From an uncultured Nitrospinaceae bacterium (lineage in GTDB: Bacteria; UBA8248): a DNA stretch of 64,000 bases. The stretch covers positions 1-64,000 of the forward strand of contig CAXFSR010000016.1 in the NCBI GenBank assembly GCA_964005815.1, written 5' to 3'. Below the pieces are notes generated by a model that saw only the letters and a list, made by a program, of their open reading frames with translations, was not told where the DNA came from and ran no database searches. This document shows positions 33,502 to 45,675 of this stretch, one piece after another. Made by a program: the position numbers and the translations under genes. The stretch's first letter is position 1; each line of letters begins with the position of its first letter.

Positions 33502-33987
33502 CTACAAGAAATTTATTCCCTTCACATGTCGATCAATTGCTGTCCTTAATGCCATTAAATATCCCTCCACTCCAAATCCAATTATTGTGCCGGAGACTTC
33601 AGGGCCAATAATAGAAGAATGTCTAAAGTCTTCTCTGGTTAACACATTCGAAATGTGAACTTCATATACAGGCAAATCAATAGCTGCAACAGCGTCCCTT
33701 AAGGCAACACTTGTATGAGTAAATGCGCCGGGATTAAAAATACATGCACAACAAGAACCAAAAGGCGAAATATTAGGAATTAAATCTTTCACCCCTGCAG
33801 CTCTATGAAGAGCATCAACAAGTTCACCCTCAATATTTGATTGAAACACATCTAAATCCACTTTTTCGTTTAAGGCAAAGTCTGCAAGAGATTTCTCAAT
33901 ATTTGATAATGAAATATCTCCATATACTTCTTTTTCACGGGTTCCTAATAAATTTAAATTTGGACCATTTAGAAGTAAAATTCTCAT
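33502..33987 (-). CDS. aroQ: Type II 3-dehydroquinate dehydratase
   Basis: LNGPNLNLLG.RE..VYG, QSN.EG, NPGAFTHTS.ALRDA, EVHISN and RE.FRH.S. Confidence 0.95.
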   Translation of the reverse strand: MRILLLNGPNLNLLGTREKEVYGDISLSNIEKSLADFALNEKVDLDVFQSNIEGELVDALHRAAGVKDLIPNISPFGSCCACIFNPGAFTHTSVALRDAVAAIDLPVYEVHISNVLTREDFRHSSIIGPEVSGTIIGFGVEGYLMALRTAIDRHVKGINFL

Positions 33988-34035
33988 TTTTCACCCCATT
34001 AAAATTTCTAAAAACAGAAGACCTTCCTGCCTAAA

Positions 34036-35127
34036 TTAAACTAGTTTTCCCTCTATCGAAGCAGACCACAATTGAGAGTTTAATTCAATTCCACTTTCTA
34101 CATTCCCAATTTTCTTCAAAATAACGAATTTTGGCTTGCCATCTCTAACTTTTTTGTCATGCAAAACATATCTCTTGACTTCTCTTAGTGATGGAGCTTT
34201 TTGCAATTTTATTGGCAATTTGAAACTCGTGAGTAATTTTTGCAGTCTATTCACATCTTCTTTTTCACAAAAGCCAGCTGAAAAAGACATTTGTGCGACT
34301 GCAGACATTCCAATAGATACTGCCTCTCCATGCAATAATTTCTTTGAGAATCCAAACAAAGATTCTAAAGCATGTCCAAGAGTATGTCCAAAATTAAGAA
34401 TTTGCCTTAGCCCTCTCTCTGTTTCATCTATTTCGACCACATCTCCTTTTATTCTGCAATTTCTAAAAACTATTTTTTCTAAAGACCGACTATCTCTATT
34501 TAGTATTTTAGATGTATTTTTTTCCAAAAAATCAAAAAAAGATTCATCTCTTATGACCGCGTGTTTTACAACCTCTGCAAGGCCATTTCTAAACTCTCTT
34601 TGTCTCAAAGAAAACATGGTTTCAAGATCACAAAGAACAACCCTAGGTTGAAAAAAAGAACCTACTAAATTTTTCCCATAAATGGTATTTATGGCGGTCT
34701 TCCCGCCTACTGAACTATCAACTTGCGATAACAATGTAGTAGGAACCTGAACCAATGAAATTCCTCTCAAGAAGGTGGCTGCTGCAAGACCTGCGAGATC
34801 ACCTACTACACCCCCACCAAGAGCGATAATACCATCTTCTCTTCCAACTTTCAGTCTAGACAATTTATTAAATATTTTGTCTAGTTGTTCAATTGATTTG
34901 CTTTTTTCTCCAACAGGAACATTTATGATTTCCGATATCATTCCACCTTTTCTAAGAGCTTCAACACAGTTTATTCCATACAACCTTCCTACAGTAGTAT
35001 CAGAGACAACTAATACTTTTTTGCCTGGGAAAAAAGAACTAGTATATTTACAAATATCCTTTATCAACCCTTTCGAGACAAGAATCGAATACGATCTATC
35101 CCCTAGAGACAGCTTAACCTTCTTCAT
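34036..35127 (-). CDS. aroB: 3-dehydroquinate synthase
   Basis: GGGVVGDL, PTTLLSQVDSSVGGKT, KNLVG, LNFGHTLGH and HGEAV. Confidence 0.97.
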   Translation of the reverse strand: MKKVKLSLGDRSYSILVSKGLIKDICKYTSSFFPGKKVLVVSDTTVGRLYGINCVEALRKGGMISEIINVPVGEKSKSIEQLDKIFNKLSRLKVGREDGIIALGGGVVGDLAGLAAATFLRGISLVQVPTTLLSQVDSSVGGKTAINTIYGKNLVGSFFQPRVVLCDLETMFSLRQREFRNGLAEVVKHAVIRDESFFDFLEKNTSKILNRDSRSLEKIVFRNCRIKGDVVEIDETERGLRQILNFGHTLGHALESLFGFSKKLLHGEAVSIGMSAVAQMSFSAGFCEKEDVNRLQKLLTSFKLPIKLQKAPSLREVKRYVLHDKKVRDGKPKFVILKKIGNVESGIELNSQLWSASIEGKLV

Positions 35128-35299
35128 TCAAACTCCCGCAAACATTGAGTAAATTAATGAACATATCTTACAGACAGTGTTTAAACTTAAAGAAAATTGC
35201 TAACAATTCTATATGCTTATGTTCCTTCATAACTATACACTTATTACAAAAACTTGAAAATCTAAATGCAAATTCAACAAAACCGAAAATTCTAACTTC

Positions 35300-35328
35300 T
35301 TGACATTCGAAAATATAAATTTTATCTT
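35300..35328 (+). promoter_or_regulatory. Putative sigma70 promoter of the LpoA-like gene
   Basis: TTGACA (35300-35305), 17-nt spacer, TATCTT (35323-35328), about 40 nt upstream of ATG 35368. Confidence 0.55.
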
Positions 35329-35367
35329 CACTTAGAAAATACACAAAATCTATCGAAAACTGTCGGA

Positions 35368-37335
35368 ATGAAAAATAAAAAAAATAAGCTATTCCTAGAC
35401 ATAATTTTATATTCCATGATTTCTTTCATTCTTTTCTCATGCTCACAGAGTCTAGATTTTATAGTAAAAAAAGAGAAGAAAACACCACACAAGGTTTTAT
35501 CTTTTCTAGATGAAGAATTTAAAGAAAGTACTTCTTGGTCAGATGAAAGCAAATTAAACTCTTTGAGAAAAAACAAGATTTCTCCTGAAACATCAATCAA
35601 AATAAAACAGAAAAACAGAGAAGATATCATTCTTTTAAATAAAGCGAAGGTTTCTTTTGAAAAAAAAGACTTCAAGAATTCAATAAAAAATCTTCAAACC
35701 CTTGAAAAAAAGTTTCCAAATTCTAAAGTCTTAAACGAAAGCAGACTAAGGCTTGCTCTTGCCTATTTTAAAATTGGCAAAAAAAGAAAAGCTTATAATA
35801 AATTAGAAGAAAATATCAAAAAAGAACAAGTCCCTGCTGAAAAGGCAATTTCACTTTCATTTCTAGGAAGAATCTACGAATCAGAAAAAAATTTGTATAA
35901 ATCTCTTACATACTATGCGAAGGCTTTTTCGAATTCGCAGGATACCGAAGATAGAAACTTGTTATCTTCAAAAATAGTAAACCTTTCAGAAAAAATTAAT
36001 CCTCCACATAAACTTGTTACTCTCGTAAATATTTTCAGAAAAGAGAATGCAGGACCTTACTTTAGAATTGCACTCATCAGAAAATCTATTCGTGAAAAAA
36101 AATTAAAAACCGCTCTAGCAAGCGCAAGAATTTTCATAGAAGAATATCCTGAACATAAATATTTTAATGAAATTTCAGACTTAGAAGAGAAGATTAAAAA
36201 AAATCTTTCTAACAAATTACTTAAAATAGGAGTTTTATTACCTTTATCAGGAAAAAATGGAAAAGAAGGAGAAAAAGTTTATCGTGGAATCCAAATAGCT
36301 CTTAGTCATCTACTAGAAAAACGTCCGGACCTCCAAGTAGAATTATCAGTACAGAATATCAAGAGTTCAAAAAGAGAATCTAATCTTTCTCAAAAATCTA
36401 CTTATAAATTTTTCAAAAATTTAAATTCTATAGCGCTAATAGGGCCGCTATTTAGTCCTGCTGCAAAGAATATTTCTAGAATTTCTGAAGAAAAAAAAAT
36501 CCCGCTTATCATTCCTTACGCCCCAAACTTTAAAATGGACAATGAGAAAAAATGGGTTTTCAGGAACACTCTAGATAACGAAATGCAAAATAGAGCGATT
36601 TTTAATTTCGCTATAAATCGTTTGAAACTTAGGCGCTTTGCACTAGTACACGAAAGAAATGAACATGAGTCTCTAATGAAAGAAAAATATAAAAAAACTA
36701 TTTCTGAACTCGGTGGATTTTTTACAAAAATTGTTTCATTCCCTATGAATGCTAATGACTTCCAATCACAGATGTCCTCTCTTGGAGGATTAAGTGATTC
36801 CCAACTAAAAACTAAATACCCTCGTCTTAGCAGGAAAAGGGATTTCAAAGTACCCCTTAACTTCGAAAGTATTTTAATTTCTGCGAAAGCTGAAAAAATT
36901 ATGTTAATAGTTCCCGAATTACCATTTTATAATATTAAGGGAGTTCTCCTTATAGGAAATAGAAATTGGAACAACCCAATTATTGCCAAACATGCAGGAA
37001 GCTATATTAAAAATGCTTTTTTTGTGGACGGCTTCTTCCATTCTTCCCGGAAGAAAATCGTCAAAAAATTTGTTGCAGACTACGAGAAATTGCACAATAA
37101 AAAGCCTGGATTATTAGAGGCCTTAGGATACGATTCTGCTAAACTCATATTCTCTGCTATAGAAAAAGGAAATAGACAAAGAGAAGATATCCGAAAGTAC
37201 TTACTCAATTTAAAACAATTTCAGGGAGTCACAGGGAGAATAAAAGGAATAAAAAATAATGACTTTATAAGGGAATTATATCTTTTAAGATTCAAGAAGG
37301 GAGTAATTAAAGAAGTAGATATGATTTCACCCTAA
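35368..37335 (+). CDS. LpoA/LppC-like lipoprotein: TPR region plus type-1 periplasmic-binding-fold domain
   Basis: Lipobox LFSC; N-terminal TPRs; KIGVLLPLSG, IGPL, L.G...W and EALGYD..F.GVTG motifs. Confidence 0.75.
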   Translation: MKNKKNKLFLDIILYSMISFILFSCSQSLDFIVKKEKKTPHKVLSFLDEEFKESTSWSDESKLNSLRKNKISPETSIKIKQKNREDIILLNKAKVSFEKKDFKNSIKNLQTLEKKFPNSKVLNESRLRLALAYFKIGKKRKAYNKLEENIKKEQVPAEKAISLSFLGRIYESEKNLYKSLTYYAKAFSNSQDTEDRNLLSSKIVNLSEKINPPHKLVTLVNIFRKENAGPYFRIALIRKSIREKKLKTALASARIFIEEYPEHKYFNEISDLEEKIKKNLSNKLLKIGVLLPLSGKNGKEGEKVYRGIQIALSHLLEKRPDLQVELSVQNIKSSKRESNLSQKSTYKFFKNLNSIALIGPLFSPAAKNISRISEEKKIPLIIPYAPNFKMDNEKKWVFRNTLDNEMQNRAIFNFAINRLKLRRFALVHERNEHESLMKEKYKKTISELGGFFTKIVSFPMNANDFQSQMSSLGGLSDSQLKTKYPRLSRKRDFKVPLNFESILISAKAEKIMLIVPELPFYNIKGVLLIGNRNWNNPIIAKHAGSYIKNAFFVDGFFHSSRKKIVKKFVADYEKLHNKKPGLLEALGYDSAKLIFSAIEKGNRQREDIRKYLLNLKQFQGVTGRIKGIKNNDFIRELYLLRFKKGVIKEVDMISP

Positions 37336-37363
37336 AACAAGTAAAACGCAGAAAAAATATAGT

Positions 37364-38125
37364 CTAAACTTGGACAGCTCCACACGATATAGTATACGCT
37401 TGCCCTGTAATTCCTGAAGCTGAATCACTGGCTAAATAAACTGACATACTTGCAATTTCTCCAGGGTCAAGAAATCTTTTCATAGGAATATCTTTCTTGA
37501 GTTCATTTTCTATGTCAATAGAATCAGATCTAACAAAAAATTCCTTACTATCAGCCATCATTTTTGTTTCAACAAATCCAGGACAAATAGCATTAACCGT
37601 AATGTTATACTCAGCTACTTCTAATGCAATTGACCTAACAAAACCAATAGCACCGTGTTTAGCTGCGTGGTAAGCGCTTCTGTATGCGCCACCTAATTTT
37701 CCTGAAACTGAACTAATAACTATGACTCTACCCGTTTTTCTTTCTATCATGCCTTTAATTATATTTCTTGTTGTGTAAAAAACGCTATTTAAATTTGTAT
37801 CAATAATTTTTTTCCATAAACTATCATCTGTATGAATCAATTCATTTTTAAGTAGCATACCTGCATTTGCCACAAAAATATCAATTTTCCCCATTTCCTT
37901 TTCAATTTCAGCAAAAATCCTATCTACTTCTTGAGAAGATGTCACATCACAGACTTTAGCAATCGCACTTACTCCATAACTAACGATCTCATCAGAAACT
38001 AATTCAATTTCAGATTTTGTCCTTGCAACTAGAGCTACATCGAATCCCTTTTCAGCAAATGAAAGTGCAATTGCACGCCCAATACCTCTTCCACCTCCAG
38101 TAACTAAAACTTTTTTATTTTCCAT
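37364..38125 (-). CDS. Short-chain dehydrogenase/reductase (FabG/BdhA-like)
   Basis: TGGGRGIG, NAG, YHAAK and VNAICPG. Confidence 0.9.
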   Translation of the reverse strand: MENKKVLVTGGGRGIGRAIALSFAEKGFDVALVARTKSEIELVSDEIVSYGVSAIAKVCDVTSSQEVDRIFAEIEKEMGKIDIFVANAGMLLKNELIHTDDSLWKKIIDTNLNSVFYTTRNIIKGMIERKTGRVIVISSVSGKLGGAYRSAYHAAKHGAIGFVRSIALEVAEYNITVNAICPGFVETKMMADSKEFFVRSDSIDIENELKKDIPMKRFLDPGEIASMSVYLASDSASGITGQAYTISCGAVQV

Positions 38126-38148
38126 TTACAATCTTCCAAAAGTATAAA

Positions 38149-39207
38149 CTAATTACATAAAAAAGGTTTAAAGAAAGACTCTGTTAAATTTATGACAGAC
38201 TCAAAAGAACTTTGTTCCATCAATTTCCTTCGAAAAAAAGACCCCCCCTCCATACCTTTTGTATATGCAGGAATATGTTTTCTGGAATGAAGAATAGCAA
38301 GCTTCTCCCCGAGATGTTTTTTCATTCTGTGAAGATGCAAGAACAAGACATTCTTTCTTTCAGACGAAGAAGGAGGCGAAGGCAAGATTCCTGTTCTACT
38401 CCAACTAAGAAGTCTTGAAAAAATCCATGGATTTCCAATTGCACCTCTCCCGATCATCAAAGCATCTACCTTTGTTCTCCTCAACATTTCGATAGCATCA
38501 TTTGGTGAGCGAATATCACCATTTCCAAAAACCGGGATCTTTACAGAACTCTTTATTCTTTCAATAGTGTCCAGATCAACTAGTCCCGTGAAAAAATCAT
38601 TCTTTGTACGTCCATGTACAGTAATAAAAGAAGCACCAGAATCTTCAACAATCTTAGCAAACTCCTCCGCACCAGTAGCACCAATAGTATCCCATCCAGT
38701 CCTCATTTTTACAGACACGGGCTTTCTAACTTTTCTAACCATTGAAGAAACTATTCTACCTGCAAGAGTTGGATCCTTTAATAAGGAAGAACCTGATTTG
38801 CTTTTTGTTATTTTCTTTACAGGACAACCACAATTAATATCTATTACATCGGCACCAAAATCTTCAACTATAGTAGCAGCTTCCGCCATTTTACATGGAT
38901 CTGAACCAAATAATTGAATGGATACAGGTTTTTCCTTTAAGTCATTTTTCATTATTTTAAATGCTCTTTCATTTCTTCTAATTAATGATTCACAACTAAC
39001 CATTTCCGTAGCAACCATACCTGCTCCGTATTCAGAAACTAACGAACGGAATGGAAGATTCGTATATCCTGCCATAGGAGCCATGAGTAACCTATTTTTC
39101 AAGAAAAGATTTTTTATTTTCAATGAATTTGAAAGAATCCTACGCTCATTAGGCACATGCAAAATTTTTTCTTCCAAAATCCTTGGTCCTGCCTCATCCG
39201 GCTTCAT
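38149..39207 (-). CDS. dusB: tRNA-dihydrouridine synthase B
   Basis: APMAG, QLFG, DINCGCP, HGRT, GNGD and GRGAIGNPW. Confidence 0.9.
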   Translation of the reverse strand: MKPDEAGPRILEEKILHVPNERRILSNSLKIKNLFLKNRLLMAPMAGYTNLPFRSLVSEYGAGMVATEMVSCESLIRRNERAFKIMKNDLKEKPVSIQLFGSDPCKMAEAATIVEDFGADVIDINCGCPVKKITKSKSGSSLLKDPTLAGRIVSSMVRKVRKPVSVKMRTGWDTIGATGAEEFAKIVEDSGASFITVHGRTKNDFFTGLVDLDTIERIKSSVKIPVFGNGDIRSPNDAIEMLRRTKVDALMIGRGAIGNPWIFSRLLSWSRTGILPSPPSSSERKNVLFLHLHRMKKHLGEKLAILHSRKHIPAYTKGMEGGSFFRRKLMEQSSFESVINLTESFFKPFLCN

Positions 39208-39227
39208 TCTATTTCCTTATAAAAAAT

Positions 39228-40349
39228 TCAAATTTGCCACCTCGGATCTACATCCATAGTACTAAATTCTAGAAAATTTTCCTGCTTTTCTCTTAAAAAT
39301 TTATAACCACCTGCACATGCTATCATTGCAGCATTATCCATACACAATCGTATAGATGGGAAAAAAACTGAAATCCCATGCCGACTTTCCATATCTTGAA
39401 ATTTTTCGCGAAGAAGACTATTCGCAGCAACACCTCCACAAATAGTTATAGTTTTGAGATTTTCTCGTTCAAGAATCATCTTTGATTTCGTTACTAACAC
39501 ATCGATTGCAGCCTCTTGAAAAGAAGCAGCAATCTCTCTTGAAATTTCGTCTGGGATTTCAACTTTACGCTCCCAGGGGGGTATTTTACTCGTGTAATCA
39601 TACAACCCTAATTCTTTTAAATGACTCAGAACTGCCGTTTTTAAACCACTAAAACTAAGACTATAAAACCTGTCCTTTAAATAAGGACGAGGAAATACAA
39701 TGGTTGTATTCTGTTTTTTTTCTATAAATTCCCTATACAATCTATCTATTACAGGACCACCTGGATATCCAATACCCATTGCAACACTTATTTTATCAAA
39801 AACTTCTCCTATAGAGTCATCCAAAGTCCCGCCAAGATGGAAAATTCTTCCTTCTTCTTCTACTTTATAAAAATCAGAGTGCCCTCCAGAAACGATCAAA
39901 GAAAGATGTGGAAATGGAGGAAAATCTGATTTTTGATTAGATTGAAATGTATCATTTTTTTCTTTTGGTTCTAGAAAAAGAGAACAAATATGACCTTCTA
40001 AATGATTAACTCCCACTAAAGGCAACCCTTTGCTCCAAGCAATTGCTTTCGCGATTGAAACACCAACTAAAAGAGAAACTGACAACCCTGGACCTCGCGT
40101 AACCGCAACTAAATCGATATTATCAAGCAAAACATTTGCCTGATTAAGAGATTCAAGTATAACAGGTTGAATAACTTCTACATGTGCCCGTGATGCCAAA
40201 TCAGGAACAACACCACCATAACGCGAATGAAGTTTACTTTGAGAATTAATTACATTAGAAAGGATCTCAGGAGCAGATTTTTCTTCACCGAAATGAACAA
40301 CAGATGAAGCAGTTTCATCACAACTTGTTTCGATACCTAAAACTATCAA
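39228..40349 (-). CDS. tsaD: tRNA N6-adenosine threonylcarbamoyltransferase
   Basis: GIETSCDET, GGVVP, GPGL, NHLEGH, VSGGH, YPGG, SFSGLKT, GGVAAN and DNAAMIA; TTG start. Confidence 0.97.
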   Translation of the reverse strand: MIVLGIETSCDETASSVVHFGEEKSAPEILSNVINSQSKLHSRYGGVVPDLASRAHVEVIQPVILESLNQANVLLDNIDLVAVTRGPGLSVSLLVGVSIAKAIAWSKGLPLVGVNHLEGHICSLFLEPKEKNDTFQSNQKSDFPPFPHLSLIVSGGHSDFYKVEEEGRIFHLGGTLDDSIGEVFDKISVAMGIGYPGGPVIDRLYREFIEKKQNTTIVFPRPYLKDRFYSLSFSGLKTAVLSHLKELGLYDYTSKIPPWERKVEIPDEISREIAASFQEAAIDVLVTKSKMILERENLKTITICGGVAANSLLREKFQDMESRHGISVFFPSIRLCMDNAAMIACAGGYKFLREKQENFLEFSTMDVDPRWQI

Positions 40350-40386
40350 AAAATACCTTTCAAAAACTCAAAAAGGATAAAGTCTT

Positions 40387-41679
40387 CTACTTTTGATTTT
40401 TCTTCTTAATAAAAATTACTGCTCTTTCTAACAAATAATCCTTCACCCCATTTTTATTTTTGGAAGTAATGTCGGGGGTTCTATCGATTTTTTCTTTGAT
40501 ATTTTTTTTGTTTTTATTTTCCATATTTCTAAGGTGTCTAGGAAGATCCTCTTCTCTAACGACAGATTTATTCCTGTTTGATGGATCAACAACTCTAATA
40601 TCCGGTTCAATTCCAATTCCTTGAATCATCCTGTCTTTAGGTGTGTAATACAATGAAGTTGTCAAACGAAGACCTGATCCATCTAATAATGGCATAACGG
40701 TTTGAACGGAGCCTTTTCCGAATGTTTTCTCACCAAGAATAGTTGCTCTTTCCCAATCCTGTAATGCCCCTGCGACAATTTCAGAAGCACTTGCGCTTCC
40801 TGCATTCACAATAACAACGATCGGGATTCCTTTAATACCATCACTTTCTTTAGAGATAAATTTTCTATTTTGATCTATCACACGACCTTTAGTATAAACA
40901 ATCAACTTTCCTGCGGGCAAAAAAAGTTCAGATACTGCAACAGCTTGAGTCAACAAACCACCTGGATTATTTCTCAAGTCAAGAATCAAACCATTTTTTT
41001 TAAAATCTTGCATTTTATTTAGACCTAATCGAACTTCCTTAGCAGTTCTAGATTGGAAGTTTCGAATACGTATATAAGGAATCTTTCCCTCTATGAGCCT
41101 ACTTTTAACACTTTTAATTTCAATTATTTCTCGAGTTATCAAGAGATCAAACATTTTCTTACTGCTTCTTCTATATATTGTAATTTTAACTTCGGAACCA
41201 GGTCTGCCCCTCAATTTCTTAACTGCTTCATAAATAGTAATACCTTTGGTACTTTTTCCATTAATTTTGACAATCTGGTCTTTTGCGATTACTCCTGCTC
41301 TATATGCGGGAGTCCCTTCAATAGGAGAGACTATTGTTAATACAGATTTCCTAAGTGTAATTGTAATCCCGAGACCACCGAACTGACCAGAAGTTTCAAC
41401 TTGCATCTGCTTAAACATTTCGGGAGTCATATATCCAGAATGAGGATCTAGTGAACGTAACATACCGCCAATTGCACCACGAATAACTTTCTTGGGTTCA
41501 ATTTTTTTTACATAATTTTGTTCTATTAAGCTCAAGACTTCTGTAAAAGTGGAAAGATCCTTATATGAACTATTATTCCTCGCAAAAGATTTCTTACCTA
41601 CTAAAACATCAAAGTTAGAAACACTGTAAAAAACCAGAACAAAAAGAATTAAACTAACGAAAAAATATTTCTTCTTCAT
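40387..41679 (-). CDS. ctpA: Carboxyl-terminal processing protease (S41 family, PDZ domain)
   Basis: Signal anchor, LDPHS, FGGLGI PDZ, DLRNNPGG, SASASEI and TFGKGSVQ. Confidence 0.93.
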   Translation of the reverse strand: MKKKYFFVSLILFVLVFYSVSNFDVLVGKKSFARNNSSYKDLSTFTEVLSLIEQNYVKKIEPKKVIRGAIGGMLRSLDPHSGYMTPEMFKQMQVETSGQFGGLGITITLRKSVLTIVSPIEGTPAYRAGVIAKDQIVKINGKSTKGITIYEAVKKLRGRPGSEVKITIYRRSSKKMFDLLITREIIEIKSVKSRLIEGKIPYIRIRNFQSRTAKEVRLGLNKMQDFKKNGLILDLRNNPGGLLTQAVAVSELFLPAGKLIVYTKGRVIDQNRKFISKESDGIKGIPIVVIVNAGSASASEIVAGALQDWERATILGEKTFGKGSVQTVMPLLDGSGLRLTTSLYYTPKDRMIQGIGIEPDIRVVDPSNRNKSVVREEDLPRHLRNMENKNKKNIKEKIDRTPDITSKNKNGVKDYLLERAVIFIKKKNQK

Positions 41680-41789
41680 TTATAACCTCTTCTGCATACT
41701 CGCAAGGGAAAATACGCCCGTTAATATTAAATATAACCTTATGGGAATTTCTAAAGAAAGGAAACTTCAAAAATACTAAGTAAAAAAAA

Positions 41790-43835
41790 TTAAATCATAA
41801 TTTTTTCAAGCCTATTTATAATATTCGAAACATTGAACCCAAATTTCTCAAAATTTTCGGGACCTGGTGCACTTGCACCAAAAGTTGAAATCGCTATGCT
41901 ATCACCCTGACTTCCAACCCATTCATGCCATCCAAAATCAGAACCTGCCTCTATAGATAATCTTGTTTTAATTTCCTGAGGAAGAATAGAATCCTTATAT
42001 ACTTGTTCTTGGGAACGAAACAACTCCCAACAGGGCATACTTACTACTCTAACATTCAATCCCCTGTCTTTTAGAGCATTTTGTGTGTCGATAGCTAGCG
42101 AAACTTCAGAACCAGACGAGATAAGAATAGCATCAGGAGATTCTCCTTCTTCTTTAGAAACAATATATCCTCCCTTAGCTAAACCTTCAGCAGACGAAAA
42201 AACATCTCTATCTAAAATCGGAAGAGATTGTCTTGTTAAAACTAACATTGTTGGTCCATCCTTACGTTGAATTGCAACCTTCCAGGCAACTGCAGTTTCA
42301 TTTGCATCACAAGGTCTTATAACATGCAGTTCAGGAATAGCCCTTAAAGAAGCTAGATGTTCTATTGGTTGATGAGTTGGGCCATCTTCACCAAGTCCTA
42401 TAGAATCGTGCGTCATAACATAAATTACAGGGAGTCCCATCAGACTAGATAGCCTAATGGCAGGTCTAGCGTAGTCAGTAAATGCAAAAAAAGTAGCTGC
42501 AAAAGGTCTAACCCCTCCATGCAAAATCATACCTGAAGAAGCAGCACACATTACATGTTCACGAATACCCCAGTTAATATTCCTGTTCTCATAAGAACCT
42601 TTAGCGAAATCACCAGAATTTTCTATTAAAGAATTATTAGATGCAGCAAGATCGGCACTACCTCCTACTAACCAGGGGATTTTTTTTGCAACCTCATTTA
42701 GTACCATTCCAGAGACCACCCTAGTTGCAATCGAACCTTTTGAAGCAGGGAATGCCGGTACTTCTTTGGCGAAATCATCTGGAATTTGATCAGCCATTGC
42801 AATTTCAAAATCCTTCGCCATTTCAGGAAAGTCTGAACGATAGGCCTCGAATAATTCATTCCATTCTTTTTCTTGGCTCTCTCCCTTTTGAGAAAAATTC
42901 ATATGTTCTAAAACTGCTTCAGGAACATGAAATTGCTCCTCAGAGGGCCAACTGTAAATTTTCTTTGTTTCTATTACTTCTTCTTCACCCAATGGAGCAC
43001 CATGTGCTCTAGAGGTATCCTGATATTTAGGAGAACCATAACCAATATGAGTCTGAAGCACTATTAATGAGGGTTTGTCCTTCACTTTTTTAGCATCATT
43101 TATAGATTCCCCTATTTTAGTACAGTCTTCAGAAACATCTCCTAGGTTTACTACATCCCATCCATATCCTTTAAACCTAAGTTCAATATCATCTGAATAG
43201 GACAAATCAGTTGTTCCATCAATCGTAATCTTATTATCATCATAAATACAAATTAATTTACCTAGTCCTAAATGACCTGCTAAAGATGCAGCCTCATGGG
43301 AGGCTCCCTCCATAATATCTCCGTCACTAAGAAGAACGAAAGTATTATGATCTACAATATTAAAATTATTTTTATTGTAAATTTTAGCCATATGTGCTTC
43401 AGCCATTGCCATTCCAACTCCGTTCATGAAACCCTGCCCAAGTGGACCAGTTGTTGTTTCCACTCCAGGAGTCAACCTATATTCAGGATGTCCGGGTGTT
43501 TTGCTGTCCCACTGCCTAAAATCTTTAATATCATTCAGAGAAATGTCATAACCAGAAAGGTAGAGTACAGAATACAGGAGCATAGAAGCATGACCACATG
43601 ACAAAACAAATCTGTCACGATTAAACCAAGAAGGATTTGATGGATTATATCTCATTTCATGTGCCCAAAGTTGATACGCAAGTGGTGCAAGCGCCATCGG
43701 CGTTCCAGGGTGGCCTGAATTAGCCTTTTGAACAGCATCCATTGATAAAGTTCGAATTGTATCAATAGAAAGTTGTTCTATTTGGAGAGTACGGGATTCT
43801 AAATTAGAACTGTCGCTCTTATTGGATTGCACCAT
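41790..43835 (-). CDS. tkt: Transketolase
   Basis: SGHPG, RDRFVLS.GH, TPGHPE, TTGPLGQG, DGDIMEG, GIREH and HDSIGLGEDGPTHQP. Confidence 0.98.
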   Translation of the reverse strand: MVQSNKSDSSNLESRTLQIEQLSIDTIRTLSMDAVQKANSGHPGTPMALAPLAYQLWAHEMRYNPSNPSWFNRDRFVLSCGHASMLLYSVLYLSGYDISLNDIKDFRQWDSKTPGHPEYRLTPGVETTTGPLGQGFMNGVGMAMAEAHMAKIYNKNNFNIVDHNTFVLLSDGDIMEGASHEAASLAGHLGLGKLICIYDDNKITIDGTTDLSYSDDIELRFKGYGWDVVNLGDVSEDCTKIGESINDAKKVKDKPSLIVLQTHIGYGSPKYQDTSRAHGAPLGEEEVIETKKIYSWPSEEQFHVPEAVLEHMNFSQKGESQEKEWNELFEAYRSDFPEMAKDFEIAMADQIPDDFAKEVPAFPASKGSIATRVVSGMVLNEVAKKIPWLVGGSADLAASNNSLIENSGDFAKGSYENRNINWGIREHVMCAASSGMILHGGVRPFAATFFAFTDYARPAIRLSSLMGLPVIYVMTHDSIGLGEDGPTHQPIEHLASLRAIPELHVIRPCDANETAVAWKVAIQRKDGPTMLVLTRQSLPILDRDVFSSAEGLAKGGYIVSKEEGESPDAILISSGSEVSLAIDTQNALKDRGLNVRVVSMPCWELFRSQEQVYKDSILPQEIKTRLSIEAGSDFGWHEWVGSQGDSIAISTFGASAPGPENFEKFGFNVSNIINRLEKIMI

Positions 43836-43896
43836 CTTATAAAATCTCCATATTCGTAAACTGGGAAAGTAAGACGTAACTAAATTTCAGATTAAT

Positions 43897-45650
<1,754 letters not shown>

Positions 45651-45675
45651 TTAATTTTCCTAGGCGGAAAATTGA

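Noticed and set aside
41680..41789. Possible riboswitch or leader RNA upstream of ctpA; also an attenuator upstream of leuA
   Set aside because: Only a trivial GGG/CCC pairing, no recognisable aptamer core, and no Leu-rich leader peptide upstream of leuA.
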